This document shows, one piece after another, positions 28,321 through 38,234 of a DNA stretch of 62,135 nt; the first letter of the stretch is position 1, and each line of letters begins with the position of its first letter. Under the pieces are notes generated by a model. The model did no database searches. It was not told where the DNA came from and saw only the letters and a list, made by a program, of their open reading frames with translations. Made by a program: the position numbers and the translations under genes. This DNA comes from a virus (Duplodnaviria; Caudoviricetes): IMG/VR virus record IMGVR_UViG_3300034092_001518, positions 1-62,135 of that record. One strand, given 5' to 3'.

Positions 28321-28586
28321 TGATTGTGATGAACCTAATAATTTTTAGCCAAAAAACTAAGCTGGACGGCTTTGCGTTTTACAACATAAAGACTGGGGAC
28401 TTTGAACCCTCATCAAGCTTATCCATCATTGATGGAACAACTAAGGAGTACAACGGAACGGATTCAATAAGGCAGAACGTAAAGTCATACGTATTGGAAA
28501 ACATAGAGCTTCTTTACGACAAAGACAACTACTTGTCAAGCAGAATACATAAAGGTAACTTAAGACTATTTATTTCAAAAACATGA
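28317..28586 (+). CDS. Hypothetical protein
   Basis: 89 aa; coupled. Confidence 0.55.
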   Translation: MMIVMNLIIFSQKTKLDGFAFYNIKTGDFEPSSSLSIIDGTTKEYNGTDSIRQNVKSYVLENIELLYDKDNYLSSRIHKGNLRLFISKT

Positions 28587-28744
28587 AGAGAGTATCAAGA
28601 ATCGCCATGATATCCATACTGGGCGTATGGGTGCTAGGCAGAAGCAACTTAGAAATATCGGACGAACTACATACCTATCTGACAATCAGTCTGTTAGGCA
28701 TGAACATTATGGTTTTAGTGTTAACACATGACGAAAAATGTTGA
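28583..28744 (+). CDS. Small membrane protein (53 aa)
   Basis: Translated by hand: MKRVSRIAMISILGVWVLG...; two hydrophobic stretches. Confidence 0.45.
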   Translation: MKRVSRIAMISILGVWVLGRSNLEISDELHTYLTISLLGMNIMVLVLTHDEKC

Positions 28745-28998
28745 TTTTTTTTCAACTTAACACAAGCCAATCTTCTGTAAATCAATGGATTAACTAAAAA
28801 AATGTCGAAATGTCAATTTTTCAACCAAAAAATCGTAAAATTAAAATATCGCTATATAATACTATATATATATATATTTTTTTTTTATTTACTAATTGGT
28901 ATATAAAAATTAACATTTTAACATTATCCTAGTAAAATCAATGGTTTCAGAAAAAAAAATCGACATAAAATCAACATTTATTAACACAAATCAACATT
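28735..28998. other. Putative replication origin: inverted iteron-like octamers around an AT-rich core
   Basis: AATGTYRA x3 on the left and TYRACATT-like x5-6 on the right, with a (TA)n/poly-T centre. Confidence 0.5.
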
Positions 28999-29271
28999 AT
29001 GAAAGCAAAAGTAAATCCATTCTATCGGTCGGTAGTCCTATCGGTAGACGATGTAGAGCTATCTGAGATATTCTTCGACTACACGGACGAGTGGGAGTCA
29101 AGGGAGATAAACGGCAAGATGTACGACATCCATTTCAACTACCAGCCAAAGGATTCGTACAAGAACGAGAAAGAGTGGCTGATGTCGTTGGTATCGGTTT
29201 ACTTAGTTGGAGACTGGACAGAGGAGCACTACTCCAGGAACTTAATAACCGAAGTAAAGCTAGAGCTATGA
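28999..29271 (+). CDS. Hypothetical protein
   Basis: 90-aa ORF. Confidence 0.6.
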   Translation: MKAKVNPFYRSVVLSVDDVELSEIFFDYTDEWESREINGKMYDIHFNYQPKDSYKNEKEWLMSLVSVYLVGDWTEEHYSRNLITEVKLEL

Positions 29272-29438
29272 AACCAATAGATAAGGCAATGTCTTTAATG
29301 GATAGGCTAAAAGACAAGGAGAGCGCAATAATTGTATGCAATGATTTGATTGGATTTTGGGAACGAATAGACACGACATACAGCAGGTCAAAGATATATT
29401 TTTATGAGAGGGTCAAACAAGAAATAATAAAGCTATGA
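29268..29438 (+). CDS. Small hypothetical protein
   Basis: MKPIDKAMSL...; the ATGA-coupled part of ORF 29091..29438. Confidence 0.5.
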   Translation: MKPIDKAMSLMDRLKDKESAIIVCNDLIGFWERIDTTYSRSKIYFYERVKQEIIKL

Positions 29439-29598
29439 CAAAGTACCTAATTAAATTTGTACAGAGGGGTGAATCTTCTGAGGTAAATATAACTTGCAAG
29501 GACGAGACTATGGCTGTCATATTTTTTGAGATGGCATTTCCAGATGCAATTATATTGTCGATTGAAAAGAGCTTAGTTCAAATCATAACAACAAAGCC

Positions 29599-29787
29599 AT
29601 GTTTAAACTAATAAAATACACAATAGTATGGATAAGTCAGAATTTAAGTATACCATTTTGGGTGGTAGGTCACGTACACTTATCGTTGAACGTGTACGAG
29701 GACATCCACGAGATAATTATGTCAATGGGGATGAATATAATAGTATTAATTGGATTTATAATAAGCTATAGAGATGATAATAAATAA
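29599..29787 (+). CDS. Small membrane protein
   Basis: 62 aa, hydrophobic. Confidence 0.55.
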   Translation: MFKLIKYTIVWISQNLSIPFWVVGHVHLSLNVYEDIHEIIMSMGMNIIVLIGFIISYRDDNK

Positions 29788-29940
29788 GGTAATTTTTTGG
29801 GCTATCATGTACTTGATAAGCCTATTCATATCGATCAGGGCAACAACCCAAATTGGTGTATTTATATTGCCCATGATTATATTTAATGCGATATCTGCGC
29901 TAACGTTATTATGTTACTTAATTTGTTTAGATTTTGAAAA

Positions 29941-30351
29941 ATGAAAAAAATAATTCTTTCGGCATTTTGTGCTATGGTAGCACACATGTCATTTGCCCAG
30001 TCGAACTACTTCTTAGTTTCAAAAGATTATGAGAAGGTGCTAATTGAAAGCAAAAACATAAGTGCAATGTATATCAGGTCTTTTGACAACAAGTCGGACG
30101 CTATAAAAGAACACATAAGAGTATTTGGATATAATTTTAAAGAAGCGTTGCCAACAGTAACCAAGAAATGTAACACACCAATATTTGCCAACTTTTTAAG
30201 CAAGACCGACTCAAGCGTTTGTATTACAACTTTTGTAACAATAAACGAGGAAGGTGGTTATGATAGTGTGTTTTTGGAAGGAATCAACGAGGACTACTAT
30301 TTATTTACATGTGACGGAACAGATTACATAAACAGCAAAATTATTAAATAA
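29941..30351 (+). CDS. Exported protein with a signal peptide
   Basis: MKKIILSAFCAMVAHMSFA-Q is a typical Bacteroidota signal peptide followed by Gln. Confidence 0.6.
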   Translation: MKKIILSAFCAMVAHMSFAQSNYFLVSKDYEKVLIESKNISAMYIRSFDNKSDAIKEHIRVFGYNFKEALPTVTKKCNTPIFANFLSKTDSSVCITTFVTINEEGGYDSVFLEGINEDYYLFTCDGTDYINSKIIK

Positions 30352-30352
30352 C

Positions 30353-30751
30353 ATGGAACACATCTGGGAATATATTTCGTCAAAGCATAACGACCAAATT
30401 TACAGGACTTTAAATAGTTCATGGTACATTGACAAGGGCGTAAAGATAGAGAGGTTTGACAAGGATGGCAAGATCGAGATAATGAACACAATGGTTCAGT
30501 CTGACTTTCACGAGCCAATAAGCAGCAACCAAGAGTTTTATTTTGATAAGTACGGATGGGATGCAGGATGCACTAGTGTTCAGATAGACTCGACTGAGAC
30601 AAAAATAAACAGGCTTTACGCCTTGCTTGAGTACTACGGATTAAACAGCAAGTCTGAGGAGGCTACATGGGCAAAGGAGCAAATTGATAACTTGACGAAA
30701 AAAAGACGAGACCTTGTTTTGAAATTAAAAAAAATAATGCAAACTTTGTAA
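30353..30751 (+). CDS. Hypothetical protein
   Basis: 132-aa ORF. Confidence 0.6.
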   Translation: MEHIWEYISSKHNDQIYRTLNSSWYIDKGVKIERFDKDGKIEIMNTMVQSDFHEPISSNQEFYFDKYGWDAGCTSVQIDSTETKINRLYALLEYYGLNSKSEEATWAKEQIDNLTKKRRDLVLKLKKIMQTL

Positions 30752-30768
30752 TCAATTAAATTAAATAT

Positions 30769-31248
30769 ATGGCGCACTGGAGAAATCTAATGAAAGACAA
30801 CAAGTACATGGGAGCATGGGACTTGGAGGTCAACGGCAAGTACGAGCCGAGGGAGGTAACAATCGAGAAGATATACCAAGACACCTTTGTTGGGGAGATG
30901 GGCAAGGAGGACAAGGTATTTGTCAAGCTAAAGGAGTTTGACAAGTCTATGGTTTGCAATCGCTCAAACTTCAAGAGGTTGGAGACATTCTTTAATTCAT
31001 TCGACCCGAACGACTACATCGGCAAGACAATTGTCATCACGACAGAGAAGGTCAAGAGTCCTCAAGGCTTGGTCGATGCGCTGAGGTTCAGCACTCGTCC
31101 ATTGCCCAAGAAGGAGCTACCTATGCTGAATGACGATCAGTTGGGCAAGGCAATAGATGCGGTAAAGACTGGCAGGACTACAATCGAAAAGATTAAGAAG
31201 CAGTACACCATCACTGAGGACCAACTAAAAATGTTTGGTAATGATTAA
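30769..31248 (+). CDS. Putative recombination / ssDNA-annealing protein
   Basis: 159 aa (HWR...YMGAWDL); sits before the exonuclease and SSB. Function is inferred from position. Confidence 0.45.
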   Translation: MAHWRNLMKDNKYMGAWDLEVNGKYEPREVTIEKIYQDTFVGEMGKEDKVFVKLKEFDKSMVCNRSNFKRLETFFNSFDPNDYIGKTIVITTEKVKSPQGLVDALRFSTRPLPKKELPMLNDDQLGKAIDAVKTGRTTIEKIKKQYTITEDQLKMFGND

Positions 31249-32026
31249 GGTAAGGTCGTCCAGCTGTGCTCTCTTGTTTTCTGGCAAGAGAGGAGGACTA
31301 ACAACAAAACAGAAAGAAAAGCTTGAAGGATTGAAGATGAAGATTAAGCTCACAGAGAAGCAAGCAGAGGAGAGAGACGAGCTTGAGAAGAAGGGTGAAA
31401 TATCTGACGAGCTGAGTGAAATGGCAAAGACCTACATCGAGGACATGGTTGACGAGGTCGTGTACGGATTCAGGAAGAAGTTTACCACAAGGGAGATGAC
31501 CAAGGGAATCATGGTGGAGGACGACTCAATCGAGATGTACAACCGATTGTTTTTCACGAGTCACTTCAAGCAGGCTGAGTTTGACAAGTTTTACGAGCTA
31601 ACCCATGGAGTATCGATTGGCCACCCTGACATTGTTGACGAGTCTAGGCTCATGGTGATTGACATCAAGAGTCCATGGAGCAAGCACACGATGCCGAAGA
31701 CAATAAAGAAGGCAGACAAGAAGTCAAAAGAGGCTGGTTACGATTGGCAGGTCAAGCACTACTTGTACATGCTACGCAAGATGACCAACATGGACTGGAG
31801 AAACGGAGAGATTGCCTACGTTCTTAGCAACACGCCAGAGGAGTTGATTCCAGAGAACGAGGCAGACAGTCTGCACTATATGGATGACTTGGCCGATGAG
31901 CTGAGGGTGACAATTGTGAAGGTGGATTTGACTGACGATGACATCGATTGGATGGAGTCTCAGATAAAAAAGGCAGAGACATATGCAAAGGAGTATTTTA
32001 ACTATCTAAATAATAAAAACAAATGA
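31235..32026 (+). CDS. YqaJ/lambda-exonuclease-like PD-(D/E)XK nuclease
   Basis: KG...E, GHPDIV, IDIKSPW and YDWQVKHYL motifs. Confidence 0.75.
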   Translation: MVMIKVRSSSCALLFSGKRGGLTTKQKEKLEGLKMKIKLTEKQAEERDELEKKGEISDELSEMAKTYIEDMVDEVVYGFRKKFTTREMTKGIMVEDDSIEMYNRLFFTSHFKQAEFDKFYELTHGVSIGHPDIVDESRLMVIDIKSPWSKHTMPKTIKKADKKSKEAGYDWQVKHYLYMLRKMTNMDWRNGEIAYVLSNTPEELIPENEADSLHYMDDLADELRVTIVKVDLTDDDIDWMESQIKKAETYAKEYFNYLNNKNK

Positions 32027-32343
32027 GTGATTTTAAAATGAAAGGGGTTTTAAAGGTTATAAACCCAGCGGTACAGGTAAGCGAGAAGTTTATCAAGAGA
32101 GAGTTCGTACTTAACGAGCCACACGATCAGTATCCACAGGACATCTTGTTCCAGTTAACGCAAAAGAACGTTGACGTGTTGGACAAGTTTGGAGAGGGTC
32201 AAGAGGTTGAGGTATCGTTTAGGATTCGAGGACGAGAGTACAACGGAAAGTACTTTAACAACATTGAGGCATGGAGAGTCGAGGCCATTGGCGAAGCTCC
32301 CAAGCCAGTTGAGGTTAAGGAAGAAGAGCCGTTACCGTTTTAA
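32023..32343 (+). CDS. DUF3127-like single-stranded DNA-binding protein
   Basis: FIKREFV..YPQDI.FQL..VEVSF.IRGREYNGKYFNNIEAWR and an acidic tail ending LPF. Confidence 0.75.
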   Translation: MSDFKMKGVLKVINPAVQVSEKFIKREFVLNEPHDQYPQDILFQLTQKNVDVLDKFGEGQEVEVSFRIRGREYNGKYFNNIEAWRVEAIGEAPKPVEVKEEEPLPF

Positions 32344-32357
32344 TCTACTGCTAATCA

Positions 32358-32383
32358 AGGTGGGTAGTCAATCTACCCACTTT
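32358..32383 (+). terminator. Intrinsic terminator-like hairpin
   Basis: GGTGGGTAG-TCAAT-CTACCCACT followed by T residues. Confidence 0.6.
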
Positions 32384-32396
32384 AAATTTAATCAAA

Positions 32397-32651
32397 ATGA
32401 AAAAATTATTGTTACTTTTACCATTGCTTTCGTTATCATGCAAGACAGCGTCAAAGTGTGACGCATATACATTGAAACTTAGCCCAGACTGCGACTCGAT
32501 TATGGTCACAAGGTACAACAAGATGTACATGCCAAAGATACCAGTAGAGGGAGCAAGCCTTCTATCTTTTCACAACATTGATAGGGGAAGCTACAGGCTT
32601 AATATGTACAAGAGAGGCAACATTGAAACAATTAAATTTAAAATAAAATGA
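32397..32651 (+). CDS. Small lipoprotein
   Basis: MKKLLLLLPLLSLSC lipobox. Confidence 0.6.
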   Translation: MKKLLLLLPLLSLSCKTASKCDAYTLKLSPDCDSIMVTRYNKMYMPKIPVEGASLLSFHNIDRGSYRLNMYKRGNIETIKFKIK

Positions 32652-32902
32652 GCGATATAACAAAGTGCCCAGGGACAGATTGTCCCATGAGACAGAGTTG
32701 TAAAAGATTTACTGCAAAAGCTAATGAGCATAGGCAATCATACTTTCTTGACCCACCATACCACATTAATGATGTAGGTTTCTCCTGTGACATGTACTGG
32801 GGAGAATTTGCTCAATCAGCTTGGGAGTCACTACAAGAGTCTATTGGAATCACCATACCTAAACTTAAAAAGAACTATGACTTCAATGATCACAAATTGT
32901 GA
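32648..32902 (+). CDS. Cys-motif small protein (DITKC..C..C.R type)
   Basis: 84 aa; ATGA-coupled. Confidence 0.6.
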   Translation: MSDITKCPGTDCPMRQSCKRFTAKANEHRQSYFLDPPYHINDVGFSCDMYWGEFAQSAWESLQESIGITIPKLKKNYDFNDHKL

Positions 32903-33067
32903 CCTATAAGCTTAAAAAACTTTACAAATTTTAAACCTATAAGCTATGAAACAAACAGCAGAACAAATAATAGTGCCTTAAGACGCACTATTTAATTTAA
33001 CTACATAAGAAAAACCAATAAATGTATAATATAGTGCTATTTACTGCACGAATAAATAAATAATAAG

Positions 33068-33310
33068 ATGAAACAGACAGCAGTAGAGTGGTTGGCACTT
33101 TACATTAAAGGAATTACATCTTTGAATTGTGATGAAGTTATTGAACAAGCCAAAGAAATGGAGAAGGAGCAGATGATTAATTTTGCTGAATTTGTAGCAA
33201 CATATCCAGACAAAAATATAAATATAAATGGGGAGATGTTACATGCTAAATCTAAGTATGATGGTGCTGAAAGAACTATTGACTTATTAGAAACCTTTAA
33301 ATCAGAATAA
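33068..33310 (+). CDS. MKQTAVEWL-type hypothetical protein
   Basis: MKQTAVEWL...IEQAKEMEKEQ...ETFKSE, a recurring small-protein type in Bacteroidota phages. Confidence 0.65.
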   Translation: MKQTAVEWLALYIKGITSLNCDEVIEQAKEMEKEQMINFAEFVATYPDKNININGEMLHAKSKYDGAERTIDLLETFKSE

Positions 33311-33311
33311 G

Positions 33312-33533
33312 ATGAAAGCCAAACTAACATTTAATCTACCAGAAGATAAGTACGAATGGGAGAATGCTATGCGTGCTGATGCTATGTACTGTGTACTGTG
33401 GGATCTATCTCAGGAGCTTAGAACACTATGGAAGTATGAGGAGCTAAGTGAGGAGGAGTGGAATATGGTTGAGAGAATCAGAAATAAGTTCTATGAGATA
33501 CTTGGTGATAATCAAATTAATTTAGACAAGTGA
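33312..33533 (+). CDS. MKAKLTFNLPED-type hypothetical protein
   Basis: 73 aa. Confidence 0.65.
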   Translation: MKAKLTFNLPEDKYEWENAMRADAMYCVLWDLSQELRTLWKYEELSEEEWNMVERIRNKFYEILGDNQINLDK

Positions 33534-33615
33534 GTGGATTTATAATTGGACTTGTTTACGGAATTTTAATCGGAATATTTATCGGCATCAGTCTGTCTGT
33601 TTACCTACTTGAAAT

Positions 33616-33689
<74 letters not shown>

Positions 33690-33790
33690 CTTTGTTTGGA
33701 GTTAGAGTTCTTCGGTTAGCCTCCATACGGGTAAAAACTCTACGCACACTGGTATGGCAGGTGTGTGTTTTTAAATCTAAAATTAATACT

Positions 33791-34021
33791 ATGAAATGGG
33801 AATCAACATCAACTGCCGACATAGTTGTCGATAGTGTAGTGGAGAGCGTTATCTCTAAAATTAGGTCAAGGTCTAGTGTTGGAATAAAGAAGTACAACAC
33901 AACAATGGACAGAAAGGATTTGTCTACCGAGCAGTGGATAGTACACTTGCAGGAAGAATTAATGGATGCCACGATTTATTTGGAAAAACTAAAATCAATT
34001 TTAAATGATAACCTACTTTAA
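33791..34021 (+). CDS. Conserved phage protein, MazG-like helical motif
   Basis: GIKKYNTTMDR.DL...W..HLQEELMDA.IYLEKL; probable ATG at 33791. Confidence 0.55.
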   Translation: MKWESTSTADIVVDSVVESVISKIRSRSSVGIKKYNTTMDRKDLSTEQWIVHLQEELMDATIYLEKLKSILNDNLL

Positions 34022-36353
34022 ATCAATCAACGAAACAGATCGTCCGTTTTATGTAGATGTTGATGTTGCTATTGAAAGAATAAAATTTGGAAAATCAAAA
34101 GATATAGTAAAAAAGATTCGTTCTGCTGAAACGAAGGAAGAGCGAAACAACATAAAAAAACAGCTTCCATCAATACTATTTTCTGGAGAATTTTCAAGGA
34201 GAGCTGACAATGCCATCATAAATCATAGTGGACTAATATGTATAGACTTTGATGGATTTAAAGACGATGAGGAGCTACAGAAAATGAGAATGCACTTGTT
34301 TAATGACAAGTACACGTACTGCTTATTTATATCACCATCTGGCGATGGTCTCAAGGTATTGGTAAGAATTCCAAGCGATGCATTAAACCACAAGAATTAT
34401 TTTTTAGCACTTGAGAAGTATTACGATTGCCCACAGTTTGATAAGTCTTGCAAGAACGTATCTCGTGTGTGCTACGAGAGCTATGACCCTGACATCTATG
34501 TCAACGAGCTGTCTGAGGTTTGGACAGAGATGATGAGGATAAATAATAATGTCAAGGTATCTCCTACCATAATCATCAACGATTCAAACGAGATTGTAAG
34601 AAGGCTGTCTCTTTGGTGGAATAAGAACTATGGAATGGTAAAGGGACAGAGAAATAACAACCTATTTATCTTTGCATCGGCCTTGAATCAGTACGGAATA
34701 AACAAAGATGATGCACTTAACGTACTAATGTCGTATGACGATGGCGACATGGCATCTGAGATTAAGACTATTGTTTGGTCGGCATACAAGAACACCAGCG
34801 AGTACGCAACTAAGTTCTACGAGGACATTGACAAGAAGACCGACATAAAGAACAAAATCCTAAAAGGTGTTCCAATCCATGAGATTAAGGATAACTTTAA
34901 TGACGTTGACGAGGACATCATTAACGAGATGGTCGAGACTGAAGAGTACAACACCTTTTGGTCTAAGAGTAGTAAAGGCAAGATAGACCTAGTGCCACAT
35001 CTTTTCAGGGACTACCTAAAGGGAAACGGTTTCTATAAGTACTACCCAAGCGGATCAAACAATTTTGTTTTTGTTCGAGTGGTTGACAACATAATTAGCG
35101 ACACCAACGAGGACATGATTAAGGACTTTGTGTTGGACTATCTTATGGGAATCAACGACATGTCCGTGTACAATTTCTTTGCGATGAACACTAAGTTCTT
35201 TCAGGAAACTTTTCTGAACTACGTTCCAAAGGTAGAGCCAAGGTTTATGGTTGACACCATTGACGAGTCTTACCTTTACTTTAAGAATTGTGCTGTAAAG
35301 GTGACGAGCGACAATATAAAGATGATAGACTACAAGAATCTTGGTGGATACGTTTGGGAGAAGCAAAAAATTAATAGGGACTTTGTAAAAATAAAATCTG
35401 ATGATTGTGAGTTTAAGAGATTTGTACAAAACATTTCTGGAAATAATTCGAGAAGGTTTGAGTCGATGGAGTCAACAATTGGTTATCTTTTGCATAGTTA
35501 CAAGCCTGCTAGCTACTGCCCTGCTGTTATACTTAATGATGAGGTTATTAGTGACAACCCTGAAGGTGGTACGGGTAAAGGGATATTCGTCAAGTCTATC
35601 TCGTTTATAAAGAAGATGGTTATAATTGACGGAAAGGGTTTTAGCTTTCAAAAGTCGTTTCCTTATCAGCGAGTACAGGTAGATACCCAGACACTAGTAT
35701 TTGATGACGTTAGCAAGAACTTTGACTTTGAGAGATTGTTTTCTGTTATCACCGAGGGTATAACCTTAGAGAAGAAGAATAAAGACGAGATACACATACC
35801 ATTTGAGAGCTCTCCAAAGATTGTTATAACTACCAACTATGCAATAAAGGGGGCAGGAAATAGCTTTGAGCGTAGGAAATGGGACTTAGAGTTTAAGCAA
35901 TATTACTCAAAGTCTTTCACCCCAGAGTCAGAGTTTGGTCACATGTTGTTCTCTGGATGGGACGATCTTGAGTGGTCTAGGTTTGACAACTACATGATAA
36001 AAAACCTACAGCTTTATCTGTCAAAGGGTTTAATCAAGTGTGACTTTATGAATCTTAAGACACGTAAATTTATCGCAGAAACATCTGCCGAGTTTTGGGA
36101 GTGGGCTACGTCAAAAGACAATGACTTTGTCAAGTTGAAACAAATATCAATAGGACAAAACATGTATAACAAGTTCACAGAAGAATACCCAGACTATGGT
36201 ATATACGGAAGGTTTAAGCTATCACACAACAGATTTTATAAGTGGCTAGATGCATTGGGAGAGTATAAGTTTGGAATGAAGCCAAAGATATTTAGAAGCG
36301 CTACAGGTAAAACAATTGAGTTTATTGAATATGTTAATGAATTAAAATTTTAA
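34005..36353 (+). CDS. Primase-helicase (VirE-N/BT4734-like primase domain, PriCT-like domain, P-loop helicase)
   Basis: HSGLICIDFD, FISPSGDGLK, D.SR.CY.SYD, GQRNNNLF, Walker A GGTGKG, Walker B LVFDDV and sensor ITTNY. Confidence 0.85.
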   Translation: MITYFKSINETDRPFYVDVDVAIERIKFGKSKDIVKKIRSAETKEERNNIKKQLPSILFSGEFSRRADNAIINHSGLICIDFDGFKDDEELQKMRMHLFNDKYTYCLFISPSGDGLKVLVRIPSDALNHKNYFLALEKYYDCPQFDKSCKNVSRVCYESYDPDIYVNELSEVWTEMMRINNNVKVSPTIIINDSNEIVRRLSLWWNKNYGMVKGQRNNNLFIFASALNQYGINKDDALNVLMSYDDGDMASEIKTIVWSAYKNTSEYATKFYEDIDKKTDIKNKILKGVPIHEIKDNFNDVDEDIINEMVETEEYNTFWSKSSKGKIDLVPHLFRDYLKGNGFYKYYPSGSNNFVFVRVVDNIISDTNEDMIKDFVLDYLMGINDMSVYNFFAMNTKFFQETFLNYVPKVEPRFMVDTIDESYLYFKNCAVKVTSDNIKMIDYKNLGGYVWEKQKINRDFVKIKSDDCEFKRFVQNISGNNSRRFESMESTIGYLLHSYKPASYCPAVILNDEVISDNPEGGTGKGIFVKSISFIKKMVIIDGKGFSFQKSFPYQRVQVDTQTLVFDDVSKNFDFERLFSVITEGITLEKKNKDEIHIPFESSPKIVITTNYAIKGAGNSFERRKWDLEFKQYYSKSFTPESEFGHMLFSGWDDLEWSRFDNYMIKNLQLYLSKGLIKCDFMNLKTRKFIAETSAEFWEWATSKDNDFVKLKQISIGQNMYNKFTEEYPDYGIYGRFKLSHNRFYKWLDALGEYKFGMKPKIFRSATGKTIEFIEYVNELKF

Positions 36354-36355
36354 TT

Positions 36356-36643
36356 ATGAATATTTGCGAGGCAACAATAAAGGGTAAGATTGATTTTTAC
36401 AAATTACTTCTTAAGATTACAGCAGATAACGCTAAAAAGTGTGAAGAAATAAATCGTAAAATTGAAGACCTAAAGTCTTGCTACGATTACCTTACCAAGG
36501 GCACAAAGATGGATTTTCTTCCAGTAGAGAGCATCGATGCGTTGGTAAGGAAGAAAGGCCTCATGCACAAGAAGCCTTACTGTATTGATCTTGTGGATGA
36601 AATTGATTCTTGCGTTCAAAACATTCGAAATGAATTTGCGTGA
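36356..36643 (+). CDS. Hypothetical protein
   Basis: 95-aa ORF. Confidence 0.55.
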   Translation: MNICEATIKGKIDFYKLLLKITADNAKKCEEINRKIEDLKSCYDYLTKGTKMDFLPVESIDALVRKKGLMHKKPYCIDLVDEIDSCVQNIRNEFA

Positions 36644-37865
36644 CTATCAAGTAGATATATCTAGGAAGGGTGTAGATATATTGAAAAGTAGTTATATACT
36701 ATGCTTGGCTATGGAAGTTAGGCTTGGTAAAACCTTTACGTCTTTAGATATATGTAGAGCTTTAGGATTTAAATCTATATTATTTTTGACAAAGAAAAAG
36801 GCAATACCATCCATTCAGTCTGACGCTGATAAAATACTTCCTGGCCATGACATAGTCATCACAAACTACGAGAGCATTCACAAGATAGTTAGGAAGGACT
36901 TCAATGTAATTATATGCGACGAGTCACACACCATGAGCGCATTTCCTAAGCCTAGTCTAAGGGCGAAGCAGGTAAGGAAGTTGGTAATAGACTGCGGTAT
37001 GGCAAAGGTAATACTACTTAGTGGCACAATAACTCCAGAGTCTTACTCACAGGTGTTTCATCAGTTTTGGGTTCACCCATTTAATCCATTTAAAAGCTTT
37101 ATAAATTTTTATAGATGGGCTGACGTTTATGTAGATAAGTTTCAAAAGAAGATAAACGGACTAATGATCAACGACTACTCTAGAGGAAAAGAGAACGAGA
37201 TAATGTCCGTAATATCCCCTTATACAATTACATATACTCAGAAGCAGGCAGGTTTTTCTACAGAGATAGAGGAAGAGGTGCTGAGAATTAAAATGCCAGA
37301 CATCATAAAAAAGATTACCGACAAACTTAAGATGGACCTAGTGGTAGAAGGTAATAACGAGGTGATACTTGCAGACACCCCCGTTAAGTTGATGCAAAAA
37401 ATGCACCAACTAGCAAGCGGAACGATTAAGTTTGAGAGCGGAAAGTCTATGGTCATATCAACCTTTAAGGCTGAGTTCTTGAAGTCGCATTTTGCGACCA
37501 AAAGAATAGGTATATTTTACAAGTTCAAGGAAGAGCTAAATGCCATTAAGACTGTATACGGGGATGATGTTACTACTGACGTTGCCGAGTTTGATACTGG
37601 AAAGTATAAGGCCATAGCCCTACAAATAGTATCTGGTCGTGAGGGAATATCGTTAAAGAATGCTGACTACCTTGTGTTTTATACAATTGACTTTAGTGCC
37701 GTGAGTTATTGGCAGGCAAGAGACAGGATGACCACAATGGATAGGTTAAGTAACAAGGTTTACTGGGTTTTTGCTGAAGGAAGTATTGAGAACGACATAT
37801 ACAGGTCGGTTAAGTCAAAAAAGAGTTATACGTTAAATATTTTTAAGAAAGATTATGGAAAATAA
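36630..37865 (+). CDS. SF2 (SNF2-like) helicase
   Basis: LRDYQ, MEVRLGKT, IICDESH, LSGT, GREGISL and QARDR motifs; probable ATG at 36630. Confidence 0.85.
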   Translation: MNLRDYQVDISRKGVDILKSSYILCLAMEVRLGKTFTSLDICRALGFKSILFLTKKKAIPSIQSDADKILPGHDIVITNYESIHKIVRKDFNVIICDESHTMSAFPKPSLRAKQVRKLVIDCGMAKVILLSGTITPESYSQVFHQFWVHPFNPFKSFINFYRWADVYVDKFQKKINGLMINDYSRGKENEIMSVISPYTITYTQKQAGFSTEIEEEVLRIKMPDIIKKITDKLKMDLVVEGNNEVILADTPVKLMQKMHQLASGTIKFESGKSMVISTFKAEFLKSHFATKRIGIFYKFKEELNAIKTVYGDDVTTDVAEFDTGKYKAIALQIVSGREGISLKNADYLVFYTIDFSAVSYWQARDRMTTMDRLSNKVYWVFAEGSIENDIYRSVKSKKSYTLNIFKKDYGK

Positions 37866-37931
37866 AATGTTTTTTTTATTGCCAATGATGGCATACAGTA
37901 AAATTGATGGAGAAAAAATGTTGATTGTTGG

Positions 37932-38234
37932 ATGGTTCCACAAGTCAATTGTAATAAGATTTATAATGTCATAATGAAAATTCTAAACGACCCAATGATA
38001 AGGTTACTGGTGGATACCTTTGACCTTGAGACACCAGAGCAGAACATACTTGAGATATGCGATTACGAGTACAAGGATGGTGTAATTGTAATTAAAAAGA
38101 TTAAGGTGTTGGATTCTGATTTAAATTTTATTAGATTTGCAGATCTTGAGAAGGTAACTAAATACCTCAGCAAGTATTACTGCAACTTCAATGACAGAGC
38201 AACAGATACAGACGAAGATAATCAAGAAGCTTGA
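37932..38234 (+). CDS. Hypothetical protein
   Basis: 100-aa ORF; the true start may be an internal ATG. Confidence 0.5.
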   Translation: MVPQVNCNKIYNVIMKILNDPMIRLLVDTFDLETPEQNILEICDYEYKDGVIVIKKIKVLDSDLNFIRFADLEKVTKYLSKYYCNFNDRATDTDEDNQEA

